Virus record (IMG/VR): IMGVR_UViG_3300045109_000002
Location: 1-55,239 of that record
Reading direction: 5' to 3' (one strand)
Length of the DNA stretch: 55,239 nucleotides
Source of the DNA: a virus
Taxonomy: Duplodnaviria > Caudoviricetes
Of the stretch, positions 28,263-36,731 are shown one piece after another. Numbering within the stretch: the first letter of the stretch is position 1; every line of letters starts with the position of its first letter. The position numbers were made by a program, and so were the translations under genes. The notes beneath the pieces are model-generated. The model worked only from the letters and a program-made list of their open reading frames with translations, had not been told where the DNA came from and ran no database searches.

Positions 28263-28422
28263 AGTTGTGAGGTTCGTGAAGTGCTGACGGTAGGGCTGAT
28301 TGCGATGCACGCCGGTCTGTGTAGCATACGGTGCACAGAAGGTAGCTAAAGGGACGCGGTCAGCCTGTCCGTGAGCACTTTTGAGGGTGTGCTAGAGGGT
28401 GCTCACAGAGGGAGACATATGT

Positions 28423-28617
28423 ATGACACGTAAGGTCAAGTGGTTGCTGTTGGGCATGCTGGTGGTTGTGAGTACTGCGGTGGCCGACCGGGTACCTGCT
28501 TTCTATAAGACGGTCAGGCTCAGCCCGAGGGAGGTGCTCATCAGTTGTAAGGAAGATGCCAGTCCGAAGGTCGATGTGAAGGGAGAGTTTGTGGTGGTCT
28601 CCTGTCCAGCACCGTGA
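28423..28617 (+). CDS. Small secreted protein
   Basis: GGAG RBS; signal peptide MTRKVKWLLLGMLVVVSTAVA; two Cys in the mature part. Confidence 0.6.
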   Translation: MTRKVKWLLLGMLVVVSTAVADRVPAFYKTVRLSPREVLISCKEDASPKVDVKGEFVVVSCPAP

Positions 28618-28712
28618 TGAAGTGAGTGTTGACAGTGGGCCTGGTGACAGGGGTTCGCTGTGAGCGCTCGCTGGTCAACCGCTAGTCAATGGTGCTCAAA
28701 AGGAGGACGTGC

Positions 28713-28955
28713 ATGTCACTCACATGGTCAGGTGGTTCACCAGAAACGCCACAGAGACACAGCAACACGGTTGTGGCGGTGGATGAGATTCCGCAGTGTT
28801 GTTTGTGCGAGGATGGTACGCTGGCTGAGTTTGACGCCAAGTTGGTCGAGCTTTATGGAGGCCAGTGGGGGTTTGTGTGTGCGAGACACTTTAAGAGGTA
28901 TGGTGCGTATAGCACTCTGGGCATTGGGAAGGCTCAGAGGTTGGTGCTGAGGTGA
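28713..28955 (+). CDS. Small Zn-binding phage protein
   Basis: AGGAGG RBS; CCLC...FDAK...GQWGFVC..HF...LGIGKAQRL. Confidence 0.7.
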   Translation: MSLTWSGGSPETPQRHSNTVVAVDEIPQCCLCEDGTLAEFDAKLVELYGGQWGFVCARHFKRYGAYSTLGIGKAQRLVLR

Positions 28956-29070
28956 CGGTCACGAATGTGAACATGTGGACCATCGTGGGGTTTGCGGTGG
29001 CTGCCTTGGTTGGGGTGTTGTGGGAGTGGTTGTTGACCGTCAGGGGCCGAGGTGTCAGGAGGTGACGGCA

Positions 29071-29334
29071 GTGGATAACGTTCTAACGGTGACGAAGTGC
29101 ATGAGGGCTGAGGTCAATAGGAATCAGCATCAGTGTGAACAGTGTGGAAGGGTGCCCGACACACTCTATCGGTTTTGGCACCTGTTGCCTGGTGAGGATG
29201 GGCTGCATGAGGCGGTGGTGCGGTTGTTGCCTGCCTTTTGTGGGCATGCGTGCTGGCGGGTATTTGTCAATGGTAAGCAGTTTTCGGACCGCTCAGGAGT
29301 GCGTGAGAATGTGGGGGTGGCGAATGGCCGCTAA
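29071..29334 (+). CDS. Zn-finger hypothetical protein
   Basis: AGGAGGT RBS; CEQC...FCGHAC. Confidence 0.55.
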   Translation: MDNVLTVTKCMRAEVNRNQHQCEQCGRVPDTLYRFWHLLPGEDGLHEAVVRLLPAFCGHACWRVFVNGKQFSDRSGVRENVGVANGR

Positions 29335-29758
29335 GACAGGCATGCTGCCGGTGGCTGGCAACCTTAGTGCGGGATTGCTGGATAGTTTTGCGCCTGCGTT
29401 TATTGAGGACATGGTCAGATGGCTTGGTGAGCAGGGTGGTGAGGAGCCTAAGGTGTTGTTCGAGGCCCTTGGGGGGAGTAAGGAGTTCAGGCATGTGATC
29501 GAGGCTGGTCTGGAAGCGGCGCGGAAGGCTGACCTTGGTGAGGGCCTTGGTGAGGGCAAGGGTACGGATGGAGCAGCTTGCTGGACAGAAGGTGACATGA
29601 TGTGGGGCTTGAGATTTAGTGGTCCGCCGCGCGGGATGGATGCTGACGAGGCACTGAGGTGGGCATTGGCAGCCCTGTTTGGGTACTGGGTGTGGTCGGT
29701 GGCCTATCCGTGGTTTGGCAGTGAGGTGCAGAGGATTCTGTGGCAGCAGGGGTGGTGA
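29324..29758 (+). CDS. Hypothetical protein with hydrophobic C-terminus
   Basis: Overlap-coupled ORF. Confidence 0.5.
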   Translation: MAAKTGMLPVAGNLSAGLLDSFAPAFIEDMVRWLGEQGGEEPKVLFEALGGSKEFRHVIEAGLEAARKADLGEGLGEGKGTDGAACWTEGDMMWGLRFSGPPRGMDADEALRWALAALFGYWVWSVAYPWFGSEVQRILWQQGW

Positions 29759-29858
29759 GTGGTGTTGCCTCCTGTGCATCGCTAATGTCGAGTACCTCAC
29801 TCACGAAATGGTAATCGGGTGTGAGGGGTGGTGAGCGCAGGGGTGAAGGGGGTGAAGC

Positions 29859-30116
29859 ATGGTTCTGCCAGTGGAGTGCGAGTGCGGTGAGATCATTCCC
29901 GTGGAGCTAGTGAGCGAGGACGATGTTTGTGTGGCGGTAGGCAGACCTTGGACGGGACATGGGCACCATCCTGGGCGGGTGACGTTTTTGTGTCCCTGCG
30001 GGAGCAGGCATGTGACCGGACCTGCTGTTTATCCTGACTGGAGAGCGGCAGAGAGGCTGCTCAGGAAGTGGTGGGGTGAGCATAAGGAGCATGTGCGGGG
30101 GAATGTGGCTAACTAG
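29859..30116 (+). CDS. Zn-binding hypothetical protein
   Basis: CECG and CPCG motifs. Confidence 0.55.
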   Translation: MVLPVECECGEIIPVELVSEDDVCVAVGRPWTGHGHHPGRVTFLCPCGSRHVTGPAVYPDWRAAERLLRKWWGEHKEHVRGNVAN

Positions 30117-30132
30117 TTTGCAAGGGTGAATC

Positions 30133-30366
30133 ATGGACAGCGAAGCACACAGCATTTGTGAGTTTTGTGTTCAGGTGTTTGTTAAGCATGGTACGGTATT
30201 TACTGGTACTGTGCATGTGCAGGAGTGCTGTTTTTGTGGTCATGAGCACAAGACGGGACAGTTCATGAGGCTGGACGATGGGCCTGATGGAGTGAGAGTG
30301 AGGCCGTGGTGGTGTGCCGACAAACTTGGCATTCACAGGCAGCGAGGGATGGTGATGCATGCCTAA
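30133..30366 (+). CDS. Zn-binding hypothetical protein
   Basis: CEFC and CCFC motifs. Confidence 0.55.
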   Translation: MDSEAHSICEFCVQVFVKHGTVFTGTVHVQECCFCGHEHKTGQFMRLDDGPDGVRVRPWWCADKLGIHRQRGMVMHA

Positions 30367-30434
30367 GAAGGTGCGCAAGCTACCTAAGTGTGGTACGAGA
30401 TTGTGTCTTGCAAGGTACATATGGAGGATGGTGA

Positions 30435-30707
30435 GTGATGCCAAAAAAGATGGGCAAGGGCGGTACAAGAAAGCACGGAAGGGGTAAGCGCAAAGCTGAG
30501 AGGTCTCGCTGGCACTCGTATGCGGGCATCCTGGGGAACAGTGAGGCGCGTAAGATGGCCAGGGGGGAGCGCAGGCAGGAGCGCTTGCAGGTCAGGAGGG
30601 AAGCGAGAGTGTGCGGGAGGTGTGGGATGAGGGGGTTTGGTGACAGGCGGGCGCTTGTGAGGCACGTGCGGGGTTGTGATGGTCGGGAGGTGAGCCATGA
30701 AAAGTGA
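30435..30707 (+). CDS. Very basic protein with C2HC-type finger
   Basis: R/K-rich; CGRC...LVRHVRGC. Confidence 0.55.
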   Translation: MMPKKMGKGGTRKHGRGKRKAERSRWHSYAGILGNSEARKMARGERRQERLQVRREARVCGRCGMRGFGDRRALVRHVRGCDGREVSHEK

Positions 30708-31341
30708 ACAGATTGGCGATTGTCTCTTTGAGTACGTAAGCGAGCTTGGGAATCCCACGAAACAGTGTGGGAGTGTCGAGCAGATGCACGATGACTGTGT
30801 GGAGACGGCACGGGGGATGCTGGTCAGGACGGCCGCCGATGGGAGGGATTTCGTGCCGCTGGCCATGGTGTATATGCCCTTAGAGAAGGGGCCGAAGCTG
30901 GCCATGTGTATGGTGATGGGCTGGAACCAGAAGTCCAAGCATGAGGTCGGGAAGGGTCTGGCGGCCTTTGCGGCCAAGCAAAATGCTGCTGCGTTGGTGC
31001 TGGTGACTGATGGGTGGGCTGTCAAAGGGTTGAGGGATACGGCTGAGGCCCGGAGAATCAGGCCGTCGCTGCATCCCGACAGGGTTGAGGTGTTGAGCGC
31101 CAACCTTATCTATCCCGATGGGCAGTGTGTGGGGGTGCTCATGGAGTACAAGAGGGTGCCTATTGTTGGTGCGGCGAGTGGGGAGGGTGCTGGTGCTAGT
31201 GAGCAGGCTGGTGAGCCGGATGGTGAGGGTGTCGAGAAAGCAACCATCGAGTGGGGCGAGATGCTCGATGGGCGGATTATGGGTGGGCATCGAGTGGAGC
31301 AGGGGATTGTACCGGCGTGGCAGGTGGGAGGTACGCAGTGA
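30697..31341 (+). CDS. Hypothetical protein
   Basis: GGAGGT RBS; VTDGW...RPSLHPDRVE pattern. Confidence 0.7.
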   Translation: MKSEQIGDCLFEYVSELGNPTKQCGSVEQMHDDCVETARGMLVRTAADGRDFVPLAMVYMPLEKGPKLAMCMVMGWNQKSKHEVGKGLAAFAAKQNAAALVLVTDGWAVKGLRDTAEARRIRPSLHPDRVEVLSANLIYPDGQCVGVLMEYKRVPIVGAASGEGAGASEQAGEPDGEGVEKATIEWGEMLDGRIMGGHRVEQGIVPAWQVGGTQ

Positions 31342-31598
31342 GCGGCAACTGGCAACCATTTGTGGGGTACCGTGGTCAGGCTGAGGGGGCGCTGAAGAAT
31401 GGCAGCACCATCGAGAAGGTGGGCAGTTTGGATGGCGACACACACCGGGATGGCGCGTTAGGGACGGTCATCGGCAGCATGGGGCCGTTGAGCGACAGTG
31501 CACCGGATAGGTTTGTATATTGCGTCGAATTTATGGATGCGCCGCATGTGCCGGTGTGGATTGTGGGCCATCGCATTCGCGAGGTGGTTGCGAGTTGA
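31338..31598 (+). CDS. Hypothetical protein (possible SH3-like fold)
   Basis: GTGA overlap and GGAGGT RBS. Confidence 0.65.
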   Translation: MSGNWQPFVGYRGQAEGALKNGSTIEKVGSLDGDTHRDGALGTVIGSMGPLSDSAPDRFVYCVEFMDAPHVPVWIVGHRIREVVAS

Positions 31599-31710
31599 CC
31601 TGCTGGCTGGGCTGTCTAAGGTCGACCTGTGCCGACTTGGTCGGCATTTCGCTACAGTGTCTATACAGTATTTACCATATAGTACCAATCTAACATAAAG
31701 GAGTGAACAC

Positions 31711-31953
31711 ATGCCTGACAAGGTGTGGACTGTGGTGCGCATGAACGCCGAGGGTGTGGACGATGTGACCATCACGTCTGACCTGTCCAGGTTGGAGCGC
31801 ATGAATGAGAAGACCTTCTGGGTGGCTGTGTATCGAGGTGACAAAAGGGTGACCTTCGCCATCAGCAGCGAGACGCTCATAACCGTCACTGTCACTGAAG
31901 ACGAGCTTGGCTGTGTGGACGACACAACGTCAATGGAGGAAGCCGATGTCTGA
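31711..31953 (+). CDS. Hypothetical protein, first gene of the ATPase operon
   Basis: AAGGAG RBS after an AT-rich intergenic stretch. Confidence 0.7.
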   Translation: MPDKVWTVVRMNAEGVDDVTITSDLSRLERMNEKTFWVAVYRGDKRVTFAISSETLITVTVTEDELGCVDDTTSMEEADV

Positions 31954-33349
31954 CCAAGATGTGGAAGTGTTGTTGCGAGAAGCCCAGGAGACCATCAAGC
32001 GGCAGCAGCAGATGCTGGAGGAGTTGACTGCCATACCTGCGAAGGTGGCCAGTGTGGTGGGCATCAAAGGGGAGCAGGTGCTCTTGAGCAATGGGAGCGT
32101 GGTGCCCATGCCTGCCGAGAAGGTGAAGGCTGGTGAGATGGTGCAGGTGGCGCCTACGGGGATGGTGGTCGCCAAGCTGCCCTTCGAGAGCTATGGGCAG
32201 TCGGGGACGGTGGTCAGGATTGAAGGGGGAGTGTTTCAGGTGGCTGCTGAACAGGGGGTGTTGACCATTGGGGCCTCAAGGGTGCCGGTCGAGGTGGGCG
32301 ACGAGGTGGTGCTCGATGGGACAGGGTTGGTGATTGCGCACAAGTTCACGAGACCTCCGCAGCATGCCTTTACGGCTGACACCCATGTGGGGTGGGACGA
32401 TATTGGTGGGCTTGAAGAGGCCAAGTTGGCCCTCAGGGAGGCAGTCGAGATGCCTTATACGCATGCTGCCCTGTTTAAGCACTTTGGGAAGCGTCACCCC
32501 CGTGGGGTACTGCTCCACGGGTTGCCTGGTAACGGGAAGACCATGCTTGGGAAGGCGACGGCGACGGCGATTGCTAAGGCACATGGTAAGACCACCGTAC
32601 CAGGTGCCTTCATTTACATCAAGGGACCTGAGCTGTTGAGCAAGTGGGTGGGTGAGAGCGAGAGCATGATAAGGGGGCTGTTTGAAGGTGCACGAAAGCA
32701 TCGTGCGCGCCATGGGTATCCGGCCGTGATCTTCATTGATGAAGCAGACTCGCTACTGACGGCGCGCGGCACGCGCACCGCAGGCGGGATGGAGCACACC
32801 ATTGTGCCTCAGTTTTTGAGCGAGATGGACGGGTTAGAGGAGTCAGGGGCGATTGTGTTGCTGGCCACCAACAGGGCGGACATGCTGGATAGCGCGGTCA
32901 CGCGTCCTGGGCGGATAGACCGTAAGGTCTACGTCGCCCCGCCTGACCTGAATGCCGTCATTCGCATCTTTGCCATCCACCTGAAGGGGGTGCCGGTGGT
33001 GGGCGAGAACCTCCCTGGGTATGGGGCGAATGTGCTGTTTAGCGATGCCTTTCCGTTGTATCAGTTGCGGACCTCGAAGGGGACCATGGTGTTCCATGTG
33101 CACCATGCGGTGTCGGGGGCGATGGTGGCTGGGTTGGTGGAGCAAGCGAGTGCGAAGGCCATTCACAGGTGCGTGGCGGCCAAGGTGAAGACCGGCGGAG
33201 TGTGCGAAGGAGATGTTGATGAGGCGTTCCGTTCGGTCTACATGGAGCACTTGAGAGGAACGCACCAGGCTGAGTTGGAGGATTATGCGGACAGGCATGG
33301 GTGCACCATTGAAGCGGTAGCCAAGGTGCAGGGGGTGGTGCAGGGATGA
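31946..33349 (+). CDS. ARC/Mpa-like proteasomal AAA+ ATPase
   Basis: N-terminal coiled coil, two OB-like segments, Walker A GLPGNGKT, pore loop KWVGESE, Walker B IFIDEAD, TIVPQFLSEMDG, SRH ATNR...RPGRID, and VSGAMV typical of ARC. Confidence 0.85.
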   Translation: MSDQDVEVLLREAQETIKRQQQMLEELTAIPAKVASVVGIKGEQVLLSNGSVVPMPAEKVKAGEMVQVAPTGMVVAKLPFESYGQSGTVVRIEGGVFQVAAEQGVLTIGASRVPVEVGDEVVLDGTGLVIAHKFTRPPQHAFTADTHVGWDDIGGLEEAKLALREAVEMPYTHAALFKHFGKRHPRGVLLHGLPGNGKTMLGKATATAIAKAHGKTTVPGAFIYIKGPELLSKWVGESESMIRGLFEGARKHRARHGYPAVIFIDEADSLLTARGTRTAGGMEHTIVPQFLSEMDGLEESGAIVLLATNRADMLDSAVTRPGRIDRKVYVAPPDLNAVIRIFAIHLKGVPVVGENLPGYGANVLFSDAFPLYQLRTSKGTMVFHVHHAVSGAMVAGLVEQASAKAIHRCVAAKVKTGGVCEGDVDEAFRSVYMEHLRGTHQAELEDYADRHGCTIEAVAKVQGVVQG

Positions 33350-33383
33350 CTTTGACTGGGCAGGTGTGGAAGGCAGGTGAGTC

Positions 33384-33656
33384 TTGCCAATACGCAAGTA
33401 CCGTCCTAGCGGTGACACAGGCAAGGGCGAGGGTGAGGGTGATGCGGAGTTCACGACAGTAGAGGTACCTCCGGTGAGCGAGGTAAGTGAGAGGCTGGCA
33501 CAGGCGCTCCAGCAGCAACCGAGACCTTGCGGGGTGGGATGTTGGTGTGACGAATGCCTGTATCGGGGGTGTGAGGGGCATGTTGGGCTAATTTTGACCA
33601 GGGCAGAGTACCTGTCAGGTGTGCGCAGGAATGTGAAAAAGGAAGGTGAAAAATGA
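33384..33656 (+). CDS. Small protein with disordered Pup/UBact-like N-terminus and Cys-rich C-half
   Basis: MPIRKYRPSGDTGKGEGEGD...VPPVSEVSERL...CGVGCWCDEC. Confidence 0.5.
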   Translation: MPIRKYRPSGDTGKGEGEGDAEFTTVEVPPVSEVSERLAQALQQQPRPCGVGCWCDECLYRGCEGHVGLILTRAEYLSGVRRNVKKEGEK

Positions 33657-33886
33657 GCGAACAGGTTGGTGGCGGCCGAGGTGGACAGGAGAGGGTGAAG
33701 AGGCCGGTTGGCCCTGACGTGGGTGACATAGACACTGACGATGAAGTGGTCAGGGTCGACCCTGGGTCTACTGTGGACATGGAACGCAAGCTCAAAGAGG
33801 CTGCTGACAGGGTGGCGAAGGAGAAAGCGCGAGAGGCCGCAACAATCGCCGCCAGAAAGAAGAGGCGCGCATGTTGCTGTTGCTGA
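33653..33886 (+). CDS. Small protein, Pup/UBact-like, ending in CCCC
   Basis: AAGGAAGG RBS; GGGRGGQERVKRP, acidic linker, helix, RRACCCC. Confidence 0.55.
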   Translation: MSEQVGGGRGGQERVKRPVGPDVGDIDTDDEVVRVDPGSTVDMERKLKEAADRVAKEKAREAATIAARKKRRACCCC

Positions 33887-34263
33887 AGTTGGGTATAGAG
33901 AGTCTCGCGGTGGGTAGCATCAGCATGACCCTCACCCGTAGCCGCCTGTTTCGCGAGACACGCTGGTGGCTGGCGCGGGAACGCAAACATTGGCCTCATG
34001 AGGTCGTTTGGGACCTGGTTAAGTGCCCCTGGTGCCTCAGCCATTGGCTAGGATGGGTCGTAGTGGCCCTTGCGGGGCCGCTAGACGTGACATCGCACTG
34101 GTGGCTGGATTTTGTACTCAACTGGTTCACTATCGTCGCTCTGGCACCTGTGAGCGCGTTTCTCATTCATCGCATTTATGGTGCCCTCCCACCTGTCCCT
34201 AGCGAAGCCGAGTGGCACGAGGTCCCCGACACAGTCAACGCAGCAGAGGAGATTCACCAATGA
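33871..34263 (+). CDS. DUF1360-like membrane protein (CPWC)
   Basis: LTRSRLFRETR...DLVKCPWCLSHW; hydrophobic helices. Confidence 0.75.
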   Translation: MLLLLKLGIESLAVGSISMTLTRSRLFRETRWWLARERKHWPHEVVWDLVKCPWCLSHWLGWVVVALAGPLDVTSHWWLDFVLNWFTIVALAPVSAFLIHRIYGALPPVPSEAEWHEVPDTVNAAEEIHQ

Positions 34264-34463
34264 TGGGTCCAGGCAAGTACGACGACTTGTGTACTTACGT
34301 CCGTACTAGTACTTCATCCAAAGGGTGCATCGTCATCGCCATCCAAGGCAGCCAAGGCTCGGGCATGTCCTGTCAGGCCACACCAGAAATCACCAACATC
34401 CTACCGGCCATCCTGCGCCGCGTAGCCGACAACATCGAAGAGAAAGGAGCAGCAAACGCATGA
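34260..34463 (+). CDS. Small phage protein
   Basis: ATGA overlap; GPGKYDDLCTYVR...LPAILRRVADNIE. Confidence 0.65.
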   Translation: MMGPGKYDDLCTYVRTSTSSKGCIVIAIQGSQGSGMSCQATPEITNILPAILRRVADNIEEKGAANA

Positions 34464-34810
34464 TACCCAAATTCGGCCCCGACGAGCCTTTTTCCCACGA
34501 CTCACCTGAGCCTCGCTCACCCTACAGTGGTAAAGCCTACGAGCCAACCGGCAAGACAGTAACCACCCAAATCGAATGCTCAGCGGCCGACCTTGTAAAC
34601 CCAGACGGCAAAAGCACCCTCATCCTGGCCATCCGCTTGGGCTTCGACCCGACAGGAGACGCCGACCTCGTCCTCGCCCAAGCCATCCCTCGTGACTTCC
34701 TAGACTTCCTGCGCACCAAGGATGTCGATGCCAAGCTGCGCAACCACATTGCCGACTACCTTCACGATGTTGCGGAACAGTGGAGGTCTGGTACCATCTT
34801 TAAGAGCTAG
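34460..34810 (+). CDS. Hypothetical protein
   Basis: ATGA overlap and AAGGAG RBS. Confidence 0.6.
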   Translation: MIPKFGPDEPFSHDSPEPRSPYSGKAYEPTGKTVTTQIECSAADLVNPDGKSTLILAIRLGFDPTGDADLVLAQAIPRDFLDFLRTKDVDAKLRNHIADYLHDVAEQWRSGTIFKS

Positions 34811-35076
34811 TCGTCCTTGTCTGGCATGACGCGCAACGCTGCCACCTTCCGAATAGGCACCACATACTCCGGGCCTGGTTCGGCGGTGAACACTACGCAC
34901 ATTTCGTTGAAGAACGCATGTTGCTCGAATCGAGTAAGTTTTTGGTTTTCTGGGGCGATGTTGTGCCACTTCGCACCTACCTGTACACTCGTAATCCTCT
35001 CCCGCAGGCTACGCGACGGCCAACCTTCAGTACTCCCTAACTCGTCGAGAAGTTCTTGCAAAGACCTGTCGCTCAT
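34807..35076 (-). CDS. Hypothetical protein
   Basis: GAGGT RBS; convergent with the plus-strand operon. Confidence 0.55.
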   Translation of the reverse strand: MSDRSLQELLDELGSTEGWPSRSLRERITSVQVGAKWHNIAPENQKLTRFEQHAFFNEMCVVFTAEPGPEYVVPIRKVAALRVMPDKDD

Positions 35077-35094
35077 TTTCCACCTCTACAGACT

Positions 35095-35260
35095 TGCGAA
35101 TTTTGATACAAACTGTCTGTAAATATATATAAACACACATACTTACTTAATGTCGCATGTTGTCTCAGGCAGTCTCACGCACCAAACCAAATGCGACATC
35201 GTGCGACATTGGTTAAGTCTAATGTTATCAGTCGCGTAGTGGCGATTTGTCGCAAAAGTG
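35095..35260. other. Candidate replication origin
   Basis: AT-rich tract plus four TGTCGCA/TGCGACA copies next to the helicase gene. Confidence 0.45.
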
Positions 35261-35265
35261 AGCAC

Positions 35266-36165
35266 TTAGACCACCCTATTTACACGATAATGCCCTTGAG
35301 CGACTCTGGTGAGCGCGCCGTCGCTGACTGCCTGCTCTACATAGCGCATAACAGTAGCGCGGGACATGGCACCGGTGAGGGCGCCCAGCAGTTGTTCGGT
35401 CTTGAAGGTGCCGCCTGGCCCGACGTTGCTGATGAACGCAGTCCAGAGGGCAAAGTTAATGTCGGCGTCGGCCTCTACCAGCCTGCCAGAGGTGTTGAAT
35501 TGCAGGTCGATGTATTTGTCGCTGGAGTTGCGTGGGAGCACCCACAAGCGACGCTGTGGTATGGATTCCACGTCACCAGGTTTGAGTGGCTCAATCATGA
35601 ACACGGTATCGAGGAAGCCGCCCCAGCCAGCGCTGCCTAAGATGCGCTCTCGCGGGCTGAGGTAGAACGAATCGCTCTTGGCCTTCGGTGAATGGCCCGA
35701 CCCCATGATGGTGATGTCTTGTTCTTTGCAGGTAGCAGTTAGGCCGGTGAGAAACCACGACACGTCCTTGTAGTCGTTCTTCAAGCCACCTGCCTGCATA
35801 AGTGAAATAAAGCCCTCGAAGAAGAAGAATTGCGGCGGAACAGGTGCTTCCAGGGCCTTCTTGATGATGGTGCCGATGTTGAAGATGCGCGTGTCTACGC
35901 AACTGAAGATGCTGACCTTGGCGCGCGGGATGCCTATGCGCCTGAGGGTGCGCTCGCAGCTCTCCATGGACCTGTCGCCTGACACGTACAGCCATGGGAC
36001 AGGAAAGCTACGGTAGCCCAATACATCCTTCCGCTCCTGCCATTGCTCTACGAACGTCTGGAGGAACCAAGTGGTCTTACCGGCACCGCTAGGGCCAGCC
36101 AACATGTGCACTTCGCGGCGCGGAAGTATCTGGTCTATAAGGTACTCAGGTCTTAGGTCTGCCAT
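35266..36165 (-). CDS. RepA/AAA_25-type RecA-fold helicase with C-terminal wHTH
   Basis: YLIDQILP, Walker A AGPSGAGKT, GHSPK, ILGSAGW; CAGGAG RBS. Confidence 0.8.
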   Translation of the reverse strand: MADLRPEYLIDQILPRREVHMLAGPSGAGKTTWFLQTFVEQWQERKDVLGYRSFPVPWLYVSGDRSMESCERTLRRIGIPRAKVSIFSCVDTRIFNIGTIIKKALEAPVPPQFFFFEGFISLMQAGGLKNDYKDVSWFLTGLTATCKEQDITIMGSGHSPKAKSDSFYLSPRERILGSAGWGGFLDTVFMIEPLKPGDVESIPQRRLWVLPRNSSDKYIDLQFNTSGRLVEADADINFALWTAFISNVGPGGTFKTEQLLGALTGAMSRATVMRYVEQAVSDGALTRVAQGHYRVNRVV

Positions 36166-36252
36166 ACCGCTCTCCTGCAAAGAGTTGGGGAGGGGCGTTG
36201 CAGGCGCCCCTGGCCCCGGTGGGTTCACACTACTGTACTGCCTGACGGGGGT

Positions 36253-36323
36253 GTTTTAGCACCGGTACCACCGTTTGTCAACGGATTTTGGTACTTGACA
36301 GCACCTCAGTACCTTGTTAGACG
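36253..36323. promoter_or_regulatory. Back-to-back sigma70-like promoters
   Basis: Minus strand: TTGACA(36281)-N17-TAAAAC. Plus strand: TTGACA(36295)-N17-TAGACG. Both have an extended TG. Confidence 0.6.
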
Positions 36324-36346
36324 TTACAGGCCGAGGTGCTGCTGCT

Positions 36347-36731
36347 ATGCCTAAAGGCCCGACAAAAGAAGAATTGCGTAAGTGGAGAGGTGGGCACTTC
36401 GGGGGCCCTCGCTCCAAGTTCGCTACATTGAGCGAACAACGCAAGAACCTAGAGAACTCCCGGAGACGCGGGGCGCTGCGTAAGTATGCTGCTCCGATGT
36501 TGGACTTCGATGCATTGGTGGCCCTTGTAAGGGAATGCTCGATATGCAGCGTCAACTTTGCAGAGCTGCCCAAAAAATAAAGTACACATCGACCATGACC
36601 ACAAGACAGGCAAGTTCCGAGGTTTACTATGTTTTAACTGCAATGTTCTGTTGGGCCGTGCCCGAGACAGCGTCGAGATACTACTCAAGGCAGTCAAGTA
36701 CCTTAATGACTCGAAGGGAGTGACATCATGA
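36347..36731 (+). pseudogene. Endonuclease VII-family endonuclease split by a +1 frameshift
   Basis: CSIC...LPKK* in one frame; the +1 frame continues KVHIDHDHKTGKFRGLLCFNCNVLLG...AVKYL to an ATGA overlap with the next gene. Confidence 0.8.
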
